From assembly GCA_026396275.1 (NCBI GenBank), contig JAPLXC010000005.1, positions 1,615-65,614 of the forward strand: a DNA stretch of 64,000 bases, given 5' to 3'. Below, piece by piece: positions 17,746 through 27,100 of this stretch (position 1 is its first letter; each line of letters opens with the position of its first letter). This stretch comes from Candidatus Moraniibacteriota bacterium (GTDB lineage: Bacteria > Patescibacteriota > Minisyncoccia > Moranbacterales > JAPLXC01). The notes beneath the pieces were generated by a model. The model had not been told where the DNA came from. It saw only the letters and a program-made list of their open reading frames with translations, and ran no database searches. The position numbers and the translations under genes were made by a program.

Positions 17746-18822
17746 TTATACCATAAGAACCTTGATTCCTGGCAGAGAAATTCCGCTTAGATACTCCAGC
17801 ATCGCGCCACCCCCGGTGGAAACAAAAGAAATCTGATCCAGGGCCGCGTTTTCTTCAAGAACCTGAACTGACTCCCCGCCCCCCACTAAACTAAATGATT
17901 GGCTGGCAATGACGGCCTCTAAAATCTTTTTCGTCCCGTTATCAAATGGTTTTTCTTCAAATTTTCCCAGCGGGCCATTCCAAACGAGAGTTTTAGCAGT
18001 TTCAATAATTTCAGTAAATTTCTGAATGGTTTTCCCGCCAATATCCCGGCGGCCGTTAATATAATCGGAGGGCAAAATAACTTTTTTTGAAAACGCCACA
18101 TGCTGGTCCTGCGCTTCAGTAGCTATCTTTCCTCCTACCAGCACATGGTCGTAGGTTTTTTCCAAATTCCTAATAAGCGGCAATTTGGTTTCGATTTTTG
18201 CTCCGCCAATGATAGCCACGGCGGGACGGTCGGGATTATTTCTCACTTTGGAAAGATTCTCAATTTCTTTCTGCAGCCGAAGACCGGCATAACTGGGCAA
18301 AAATTTGGTCACTCCGGTAACGGACGCTTGATCGCGGTGGCAGACGCTGAAAGCGTCATTGACGAAGATATCAAACGGCTTAGCTAAAGCTTTGGAAAAT
18401 TCTTCATAGTTTTTCTCTGCCCCGTGATCTGCCGCCTCGGCGAATTTTACGGGGTCCTCCCCGGGATAAAACCGGACGTTTTCCAAAAGCAACACCTCGC
18501 CTTCTTTAAGTTCCTCGATACTTTTTTTAACTTCTTCATCAATGCAGCTTTCGGCAAATTTTATTTTTCTTCCTAAAATATTTTCCACATCGTCAATAAT
18601 CTGGCGCAGCGAATATTTTTCGTCAACTTTTCCCTCCGGCCGTCCTAGATGGCTAACTAAGGCAAGTTTTGCGCCCTTTTGTCCTAAAATATGCTCTACC
18701 GTCTCACAGCAGGACTTGATCTTGAATTTTTCCATTACGTCCTCATTTTCCAGTTCCACGTTAAAGTCAACTCGTAGTAAAACTTTCTTATTTTCTAAAT
18801 TTACTTCTTGAATTTTTCGCAT
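17746..18822 (-). CDS. pgk: phosphoglycerate kinase
   Basis: N-terminal RVDFNV and C-terminal GGGESVQ...STGGGAMLEYL motifs. Confidence 0.9.
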   Translation of the reverse strand: MRKIQEVNLENKKVLLRVDFNVELENEDVMEKFKIKSCCETVEHILGQKGAKLALVSHLGRPEGKVDEKYSLRQIIDDVENILGRKIKFAESCIDEEVKKSIEELKEGEVLLLENVRFYPGEDPVKFAEAADHGAEKNYEEFSKALAKPFDIFVNDAFSVCHRDQASVTGVTKFLPSYAGLRLQKEIENLSKVRNNPDRPAVAIIGGAKIETKLPLIRNLEKTYDHVLVGGKIATEAQDQHVAFSKKVILPSDYINGRRDIGGKTIQKFTEIIETAKTLVWNGPLGKFEEKPFDNGTKKILEAVIASQSFSLVGGGESVQVLEENAALDQISFVSTGGGAMLEYLSGISLPGIKVLMV

Positions 18823-18832
18823 TTTTGTATTA

Positions 18833-19585
18833 TCAGATTTTTATTATTAAATCATCCTTGGCAAAAACAGTGTTTTTGAAAATCTTTCTGGCTTCTTTTT
18901 GTGCTCTTCTTCTGTCCTGAAGCGACAAATACTGATTAGCGGAAAAGTGGGTGAGGATTAATTTTTTAACCCTGGCTTTCTTGGCAATGCTTGCTGTCTC
19001 CTGGGGATTAGTGTGTCCCCATTTTCCGGAAAAAACGCCGGGTGATGCTGAACACTCATGAATGAGAAAATCGCTTTCTTTTGCTAAATTAACAACATTT
19101 CTCGTCGGACCAGTGTCAGAACAGTAAGTAATAATTTTGCCTTCGATCTCCAAGCGATATCCCAATGAAGGATCGGCATGATAAAGCTTTTTCGCCGTGA
19201 AAGGAAAGGGTGATTTGTTTTTGCCTTCGGAAATTTCCACAATTTTTATTGGAAAAGGCCGTTTCTTGAACGGAACAGTGAAGGGGCTTCGGATAATTAA
19301 GTCCAAAAATTTTTTATTTCCCTTTCCAGTAAAAATAAAAAATGGTTTTTTTCTGCCAAGCTTGTCAAGTTTGTTGATAGCATGAAAACCGATAATATGA
19401 TCAAGGTGCAAATGACTCAAAAATAAATAAATCGGCTTATCCTTTTTCGCATACCTATTCAGTTTATGGATACCGTCACCGGCATCAAAAACCACATAAA
19501 AATTTTTGCTTTCAATAAGAGTACAAACAGTGTTTCCGCTTTTTGTCGCGTACCAGCCATTTGTTCCTAAAAAAGTTATTCTCAT
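18833..19585 (-). CDS. metallo-beta-lactamase-fold hydrolase (RNase Z-like)
   Basis: HLHLDHIIGF HxHxDH motif. Confidence 0.7.
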   Translation of the reverse strand: MRITFLGTNGWYATKSGNTVCTLIESKNFYVVFDAGDGIHKLNRYAKKDKPIYLFLSHLHLDHIIGFHAINKLDKLGRKKPFFIFTGKGNKKFLDLIIRSPFTVPFKKRPFPIKIVEISEGKNKSPFPFTAKKLYHADPSLGYRLEIEGKIITYCSDTGPTRNVVNLAKESDFLIHECSASPGVFSGKWGHTNPQETASIAKKARVKKLILTHFSANQYLSLQDRRRAQKEARKIFKNTVFAKDDLIIKI

Positions 19586-19791
19586 AAGTCGCGCTTAGAT
19601 TTATTTTTCCAATCTGAAATAATTATGTTTTTTCTTTTAATTTTTATGCTGATTTTCTGCTTTTCTTTCCACTTTAATTTCTTTACAAAATCTTTGGGAA
19701 TTACCGCCCCGTAGCTGTAGCGGCTCATTTTCATCAATTTCCCCGTTTCTTTTTCCATATTATTATATAGTATATACGTCGTACATATCAC
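19582..19791 (-). CDS. small AbrB/MazE-like (SpoVT/AbrB swapped-hairpin) protein
   Basis: MSRYSYGAVIPKDFVKKLKWKEKQKISIK resembles an AbrB-type DNA-binding fold. Overlaps the MBL gene by 4 nt. Confidence 0.35.
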   Translation of the reverse strand: MICTTYILYNNMEKETGKLMKMSRYSYGAVIPKDFVKKLKWKEKQKISIKIKRKNIIISDWKNKSKRDL

Positions 19792-19873
19792 GTCTATACC
19801 AAGTATATACCAAATTTATTTTAACAGCATCCGGATTGTAATTCGGATATAATTCGGATTTAAATTCGTATCA

Positions 19874-20971
19874 TTACCCCATTCCCAAAATTCCGATCAT
19901 CACACCAATAAGCGCCGTGACGGCGGTGAAAACCCAAGCCCGCATAGTTACTTTCGGCTCCGGCCAGCCCTTGGCCTCAAAATGATGATGGATTGGCGCT
20001 GCCAGAAATATCTTCCGACCCAGGAAACGTTTACTTAAAAGTTGAAGTGCCGCGCTTCCCGATTCTAAAACATACAAAAATACAATGATGAATAAAATGA
20101 TTGCTGAATTAGTAAGCATAGCCACTACTCCAAGGGTTATTCCCAGAGAAACCGCTCCAGTATCCCCCATAAAAAATCGCGCCGGATAGATATTGAACCA
20201 CAAAAAAGCCAGAAGCGCTCCGGCTAGCGCTGCGCAAAACGCCGCCAGATCCACCTTATTGTGAAGGAAGGCGATAAGTCCAAATGAAGAAAAGGCCATA
20301 AGGAGCACCCCGCCGTTAAGGCCGTCCAGCCCGTCCGTCTCATTGGAGGAAATAGCGGTAAAAATAATGACAAACATAAAAAGCGGAATATACCACCAGC
20401 CGATCGAAAAGTCGCCGACGGCCGGAATGTGAATCCGGTCCCAACCGAGTTTCCAAAAAAACCACCAGGCGCCTACTCCGGCAATAGTCAACAGCCACCA
20501 GAAGCGTGCGATAAACCGTATCCCTCCCCCCTTATTTTTCCCGCAACCGCGGACGCTCATAATGTCATCAAAAAGACCCAGCACGCCCGCCGCAACTAAG
20601 GCGAATAAAGGAAGCCATACCTGCTTTCGGCTTAAAAAATCAAGCCGGGCAATGAAATTAATGTTTAACCATTTGGCAATGATAGGAAAAAGATAATGGG
20701 AGGAAAAAACAAGAATAAGAACAGAAATCCAGACCAGCACTCCGCCCATCGTCGGAGTACCGGCTTTTCTGGCATGAAGCTTGCTCACAAAAGTAAGTTT
20801 TTCTCCGTCCACTGACTGATCTTTTATTTTAATTCCGATCCGGTACTTATACAGGATTTTTGTCCACAGCGGAGTAATTAAAAACGCCAGCAAAAATGCC
20901 AGTAGTCCCGTGACTAGCACCTTGATTATGTCAACCACTACTGGGATAGTTTGAATTTGCGCAAGTTGCAT
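19874..20971 (-). CDS. mraY: phospho-N-acetylmuramoyl-pentapeptide transferase
   Basis: Polytopic membrane protein with GT4 MraY/WecA motifs. Confidence 0.85.
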   Translation of the reverse strand: MQLAQIQTIPVVVDIIKVLVTGLLAFLLAFLITPLWTKILYKYRIGIKIKDQSVDGEKLTFVSKLHARKAGTPTMGGVLVWISVLILVFSSHYLFPIIAKWLNINFIARLDFLSRKQVWLPLFALVAAGVLGLFDDIMSVRGCGKNKGGGIRFIARFWWLLTIAGVGAWWFFWKLGWDRIHIPAVGDFSIGWWYIPLFMFVIIFTAISSNETDGLDGLNGGVLLMAFSSFGLIAFLHNKVDLAAFCAALAGALLAFLWFNIYPARFFMGDTGAVSLGITLGVVAMLTNSAIILFIIVFLYVLESGSAALQLLSKRFLGRKIFLAAPIHHHFEAKGWPEPKVTMRAWVFTAVTALIGVMIGILGMG

Positions 20972-21055
20972 ATCCGAATTTTAATCCTAATTATATCCGA
21001 ATAATAATCCGAATTCACATAACAATTCGGATATAATTTGGATTTTAATTCGCAT

Positions 21056-22069
21056 CTACCGCCATTCATAGGAACGCCACGCCCAGTCAACCATTGTCTT
21101 AATATCCTGCCAGCGATAAGGATCATCAAGCACTACTGCCACAATTTTGTGTTTTTTAGAAGGATCGGTTGAAGCCAGAAGCAACGAGTGGCCAGCCAGT
21201 GGAGTAAAGCCGGTTTTTCCTCCCAGGCAATTAGGTACCTGATCGAGCACCAGATCGGTATTCAAGATAGTGTGGGAATATTTACCGTCGGCGGATGTAA
21301 CAATGGTATTGGTGGGAAGCCGGAAAATATGCCAGATAAGATCGTATTTCATTGAGTAGGCGGCGATTCTGGCAACATCGTAGGCGGAAGAATGGCATTC
21401 TGATTCCCGGCCGTCTATTTCCAGTCCCGAAGGCGTGCAAAATCGGGAGTCCCCTAGTCCAAGCTCACGCGCTTTTTCGTTCATAAGTTTGGCAAATTCT
21501 TCCTGGGAGCCGCTGATATGTTTTCCTAAAGCTATAGCCGCGTCATTGGCACTGTTCATAAGCATCGCTTTTAAAAGACCAGACACGGTGATTTTTTCCC
21601 CTGCTTTAAGCCGCTGGCTGATGCAATAACCCGAACGGGGACAGCCGATTTTCGTTCCCTCGGCATAAACCGCTTCTTCATCCACTGTCACTTCTTCATT
21701 AAGATTGGAAATTCTTTCCATCACAATTACGGCGGTCATCAATTTTACCAGAGAAGCAATGGGGCGGTGCTCCCGTCCATTTTGATAGTGAAGGATAGTT
21801 CCTGATTCAACGTCTAAAATAAGAGAAGAGTGGGCATTGGGGATAGCCAGGTCCGTTGCCGCCTCTTTTTTTGTCGGTAAAACAGCAGGCGGAAGAGGAT
21901 TTTTTTTGGGGAAAAGCCCTTCCTGGGATTTTTCCGCTCCCTGAATTTCTTTGGCATAATTTTCCAAAATATTTTTTTTATTCTGACCATCGCTAATCCA
22001 CGGCGTCGTAATCCAAAAAAAATTCAGCGGGAAAATGATAATTGTGACTAGGGTAATAATACTGCTCAT
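21056..22069 (-). CDS. D-alanyl-D-alanine carboxypeptidase (peptidase S11, PBP5-like)
   Basis: SLVKLMT (SxxK), SAND and KTG-like motifs. Confidence 0.8.
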   Translation of the reverse strand: MSSIITLVTIIIFPLNFFWITTPWISDGQNKKNILENYAKEIQGAEKSQEGLFPKKNPLPPAVLPTKKEAATDLAIPNAHSSLILDVESGTILHYQNGREHRPIASLVKLMTAVIVMERISNLNEEVTVDEEAVYAEGTKIGCPRSGYCISQRLKAGEKITVSGLLKAMLMNSANDAAIALGKHISGSQEEFAKLMNEKARELGLGDSRFCTPSGLEIDGRESECHSSAYDVARIAAYSMKYDLIWHIFRLPTNTIVTSADGKYSHTILNTDLVLDQVPNCLGGKTGFTPLAGHSLLLASTDPSKKHKIVAVVLDDPYRWQDIKTMVDWAWRSYEWR

Positions 22070-22073
22070 TCTG

Positions 22074-22655
22074 CTATTCTTTAGTGATTATTGACTGGAC
22101 TCGCTCATCGGAAGAAAGACGCTCGTAATCAGGAAGTTTTTTAACATCGTCCATTCCCAAGACCTTCAGAAAATCAAACGATATCTGATAAATGTATCCT
22201 CGCGCGTCTTTGGGATTTTCTTCCCTTCTCACCAGGCCCCGGAGCAGCAGGTTTCGCAGCGTATAGGTGCAGTTTACTCCGCGGATGGACTCAATTTCTG
22301 AACGGGTAATTGGTCCCCGATAAGCGACAATTGAAAGCACTTCCAGCGCCGCCGAGGAAAGTGATTCCTGGAGTTCTCCCCGGATTAGCTGCTTAACAAA
22401 CTGGGCGTTATCCGGCTGGGTGGCCATCTGGACTTCGTCTCCGCTGCGCACTAAAATTAGTCCGCTTTTTTTCGTCGAATATTCAGCCGACAGCATCATC
22501 AGGGCGTTCTCCACCTCCGGCTTTAGGGCTTGCGTTATTTTTGCCAGGCGGGATAATTTCACCGGCTCGCCGCTGACAAACAACAAACTTTCAATGATGG
22601 ATTTTAATTTATTAATTTCCATATGGATGAACACAGATAAGAAACTGATTTTCAC
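22074..22655 (-). CDS. scpB: segregation and condensation protein B
   Basis: Two winged-helix repeats; LLFVSGEPV motif. Confidence 0.8.
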   Translation of the reverse strand: MKISFLSVFIHMEINKLKSIIESLLFVSGEPVKLSRLAKITQALKPEVENALMMLSAEYSTKKSGLILVRSGDEVQMATQPDNAQFVKQLIRGELQESLSSAALEVLSIVAYRGPITRSEIESIRGVNCTYTLRNLLLRGLVRREENPKDARGYIYQISFDFLKVLGMDDVKKLPDYERLSSDERVQSIITKE

Positions 22656-22727
22656 AGATCACAGATCATATTTTTCCATCCGTGATCCGTATTAATCTGT
22701 AAAATTAGTGTAATCGGTTTTATCACC

Positions 22728-23432
22728 TTAATCAGTTTTATACTTCATCTTTATCTCTTTAAACATTCCGCTTTGCTCGACATTTATTATCTTCTGCTTC
22801 ACCAGCTCCAGCATTGCCAGAAAAGAAACAATCACCTCGATTTTGTCCCGCGCGCCGGAAGCCACTTCCGCAAACGACACTTCAATTCTTTCACGCAGCA
22901 CTTTCTGCAAATGGGATATTTTTTCTTCCAGAGTCACAATCTCCCGGACTATTTCTTCTTCCAGTTTTTCCACCAGCGGAATTTCCTTCAAAACTTTGAG
23001 GAAGGACTCTTTAAGGGAAAACGCGCTGACTCCGGGGGGAGGATAAAAAAAGGGTGTGATGCCCAGAAAACTTTCGCGGGAAAAGCTGGATTTCGGAGAA
23101 TGAAAAAGGGCGCTGATTTGACGGGAGACATCCTTGAATTTTTTATATTCGGCTAGCTGGTACTCTAGATCCTTGATTTCTTTTTCTTCCTCATCGCTTA
23201 GCGCCAGCGTCGGCAGGAGTGCTTTGGACTTAATAAGAATGAGCCGGGAAGCAATTGACAGGAACTCCGCCAGGTTTTCCAGGGTGATGTTTTCTTGGCA
23301 CTCAACATATTTTAGGTACTGGTCTGCCACCTTTGCTAAACTGACCCGGGTGACATCCAGTTTCTGCTCTTCAATCAACGCCAAAAGAAGCTCCATCGGC
23401 CCTTCGAATTGTTCTAATTTTATCTTATACAC
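22728..23432 (-). CDS. scpA: segregation and condensation protein A (kleisin)
   Basis: FEGPMELLLALIEEQKLDV N-terminus. Confidence 0.8.
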   Translation of the reverse strand: MYKIKLEQFEGPMELLLALIEEQKLDVTRVSLAKVADQYLKYVECQENITLENLAEFLSIASRLILIKSKALLPTLALSDEEEKEIKDLEYQLAEYKKFKDVSRQISALFHSPKSSFSRESFLGITPFFYPPPGVSAFSLKESFLKVLKEIPLVEKLEEEIVREIVTLEEKISHLQKVLRERIEVSFAEVASGARDKIEVIVSFLAMLELVKQKIINVEQSGMFKEIKMKYKTD

Positions 23433-23555
23433 TACTTTACTTTAGCTCAAAATTTAAAGCTTAAATCTCAAAACTACAGCGAAAAGCTAAAAAATATTTT
23501 ATTATTTTTGAGTTTTGAGTTGTGACTTTGCGCTTTGCATTTTGCGTTTTACGCT

Positions 23556-24053
23556 TTACTTTTTCACACTGAAACTTCCGATAATCGGTTTTTCCTTTTT
23601 CACATACTGGTTAACAGCCACTCGAATAGAGATATCGTATTCTCCCGATCCCAGATAAACCTTTTTATTTTTAAGCAGCAACTTGTCAATATAGATGTCT
23701 TTTTTCAGAATTCCTCGGAAAGGAGGAGTGGCTCCTATTTTCCCCGGAGCATTTTTTTTCATCCAGGGTTCTTTGGCCAGTTCAATTCCCCGCTGCATTT
23801 TTTCGCCCTTCTTTTTCATTTCCGCGTTAACCGCCTTCAGGAATTTTGCTTTGTCCAGTTTTCTATCAGACGGCAGAAGCGCTACCATCCAGTCATTACC
23901 GGATTTCAGCACCAGCGCCTTGGCGACTTCTTGCGGTTTGACATGCTCGGTTTGAGCCGTGTCCCAAGCCGTATAGGTAGTGCGATGGCTAATAACTTCA
24001 TATTTATATCCGCTTTTTACTAAATAACCAGCGATTTTTTTGGAAATGGGCAT
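23556..24053 (-). CDS. ybaK: YbaK/ProX-type aminoacyl-tRNA deacylase
   Basis: 165-aa YbaK-like fold. Consistent with the ProRS here lacking an editing domain. Confidence 0.7.
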   Translation of the reverse strand: MPISKKIAGYLVKSGYKYEVISHRTTYTAWDTAQTEHVKPQEVAKALVLKSGNDWMVALLPSDRKLDKAKFLKAVNAEMKKKGEKMQRGIELAKEPWMKKNAPGKIGATPPFRGILKKDIYIDKLLLKNKKVYLGSGEYDISIRVAVNQYVKKEKPIIGSFSVKK

Positions 24054-24192
24054 AGGTTTTTATTATGAAATTACTTAGCCATTATAACATTTGGCTTGAA
24101 AAATTCAAATTCCCGAAGCCACGCTTCGGGAATTATTTTCCACTCCGGGAACTGCTATCTGCGATCCGCGTTCATCCGCACATAAATCTGCG

Positions 24193-27100
24193 TTAATCCG
24201 TAGTTTTAACTATCCACCAGCTAAATTCTAATTCTTCATCAACTGTTTTTTCTACTTCAACTTTGAAACTTTCGCTTTCTTTTATTTTGGTAACAGCCAG
24301 GGGTTGTTTGGCTACTTTTTTAGCCGTGACAAAAATCTCACATTTATCCGTCACTGCCTTGGTTTTCACTGTCACGCTTTTCCCGTCGGATCCCGTCTCG
24401 TCGTCTTTGCCGTCTTCGTCTTCGTCTTTTTCCACGGGGAGGATTTTGGCAGTGCCAAGAGTTCTTTTTTCTTCATCAGAAACCTTGACGGTAAACGCTC
24501 CGGCTACTATTCCTTCCGCCTCTACCTTGCCCAAGACGCTGATGTCGCCGGGATTTTGCACCTGATCAATACCCAGAACCAGCTTAATGTAGTCAATATC
24601 ATTTTTATTGGCTTCCATCTGGGCGACATTCAGTTCCTGGTTAGTGAGCGCCTTCAGTTCGTCAATTTGGGCCTGGAGCGTAACCGTGAGATTTTCCAGA
24701 GCGGCAACCCGGCTTTCCAAGTTGCTGTTTTGGGCTTCCAAATCCACAACCTTATCTTGAACATTATTGATATTATCACTAACAATTGAGAGTTGTTCGT
24801 CCACCGAGGTCTGCAGTTCCGCCAGATTAGTGACGCTTTCGTCCGTCTTGAGAGCCAGTGTCTCCACATTAGTTGATATCCGCTGGTCTTCGGTTTGCAA
24901 TCCGCCGATTTGTGTCTGCTGCTCCTGCATAGACTTTACTATCAAGGGAGTCAGCTTGGAATAATCCACCTGCCAGTATTTGGTGTCGTTTTCGGGAATG
25001 GTGACGGCTTGAGGGTATACATCATATAACTCCTGGGCGATGACGCCGTAGACAATTTCTTTGGTTGGATCGGACTTGAAGTTGAACTGGCGGATTTGGA
25101 TATTCATCAAATTATTGATGCCGATGTTGGCCAGAGTGACGTTTTCCTTCAGCCGGACGTCTGAAGAAGTGTTGTAATAAGTCTGGGTGTTGTTGTAAGT
25201 GATGGATCCAACGGCGGTGCCGTCACCGTCGTTGAACTGGATCAAGGTGTTGGTTCCGGCGGGAGTGTCTTCACCGGCTTGGATGAGCAAACCGTAGCGG
25301 TCGGTGTTGTTGCCGTCATTGTAAAATTCGGCGGCGTAATCTGCGGAAGCGTTGTCATAAACATGAAGCGCCGCTCCAGGCCCCGTCGTCCCGATGCCGA
25401 CATTGCCGGCGAAATATGACTGGCCGCCGGCTGAATAAATCGCATAATTTATGGCGCTCCCCCTACTTTGGTTCTCCAAGTAAAAGCCGTAGTTGTTTGT
25501 TATTGGCCCGGCGCCTGTTGGATTGGGAATATATAGAGCATACCCATCTGTTATGGTTCCTGCTCCTTCATTATGAATAGCGGTATATGTACCATATGCA
25601 GCAGTTACGGCCCCGGTACTCATATTCCCGGCACGATTCCAACTACCGTATGCAGTTGTAATAGTACTGGATGACCAGTTATGAGATTTATTCCTTGCCC
25701 CATATGATGTGGTCACATTTCCTGCTCCTGCGTAACTATTGGCAGTATGAGTGCCACCTACTAAGTCAGTTACGGTTCCAGACCCATAGTGCAAAGCAGA
25801 GTGATCCGACCCTTCAAGGCGCGGGAAGTTCTGCGCATTCCCGCTCTGCGTTGCAACTTCAAAATTGGAACCATATGCTTCAGAGGAGGGTGCGCTGGAA
25901 GGGTTAAGCGTGAGTCTTAGATAATGGCCTATGACATAACTAGTGCTGAGACTCGTCAGTATATCTCGACTGTCAATTAACGTTAGCGATGATGCTCCAT
26001 CTATTGCTTTGTTTATGCCACTGTCGGAACCAATGGCCGCCCTTTGAGAGACGGTGAAATTCCCATTGACTTCAAGTTTTTCCACCGGACTCGTCGTCCC
26101 AATGCCGACATTGCCGCCCTCAAATATAGCCGAATAATTAGTTGTTCCTCCAGTGGCATTTACATAAAGTCCGCGGTTGACAGCCGAGGTTCCGTCCCAG
26201 GTTCCGGTTGATGTTACCGATAAGCCCGTTTTTGTTATCGAGGCGGTTGAAGATGTGGCCGTGTTGGTAAGAAGATTGCCTATGTAATCGGCGGTTTTAG
26301 ACCCGCTGGCTATGGTGTGTAAAATGGAAGTTGGTGAAGTCGTCCCGATGCCGACTTTACCACCGAAATAAGATGGATTCCCGTCTGCTGCATATAGCGA
26401 ATATCTGGCACCAGAACCAGAATTGGTGTCATTTTCAATATAAAGCGCGGCTGTGCCGTATGAAGGGGATGTATCATTAGTCAGAATAAACTCACCAGCA
26501 TAATTAACTGACGCGTTACTGCCAACAACACTAAGAGCTTGTCCTGGACTCGTCGTCCCAATCCCCACAAGGCCATTGGAATTAATCACCAATCTATCAT
26601 TTGTCCCCAGAGCCGTGGTGGAAATCTTGAATTTGTCCGAGTCGGAATCGTCCACACCCATAGTGAATTTTACGGAAGGGGTGGCACCGACGCGGAACTG
26701 GAGAGAGGGATCGTAGGTGGTATCAGAAAGATTAGTGAGAGTTAATACCGGATTGGCGTCAGTGTCTTGGATTTCAAGAAGAGAGGCCGGACTCGTCGTC
26801 CCAACGCCGACGTTGCCGGCGAAATAGGACTGGCCGCCAGCCGAATAAATGGCGTAGCTGGTGGTGCCAAAGGCCTGGTTCTCAAGATAAAGGCCGTAGT
26901 GAGTGCCAATCGAGCCATTAGAGTAAGGAGAACGAATATAAAGACCATAGTCAGTCGTGACTGAAGAACCAGCCCGGTAGGCGCCGCTTCTGATTCTGGC
27001 TCCGTAATTGTTGGTGACTGTGCCGTCAGTGGCGACATCAAGGTCAATGCCATAGTTGTTGGTAATAGAACCTAAATTTGAAGCGTTATAGATGCAGGAA

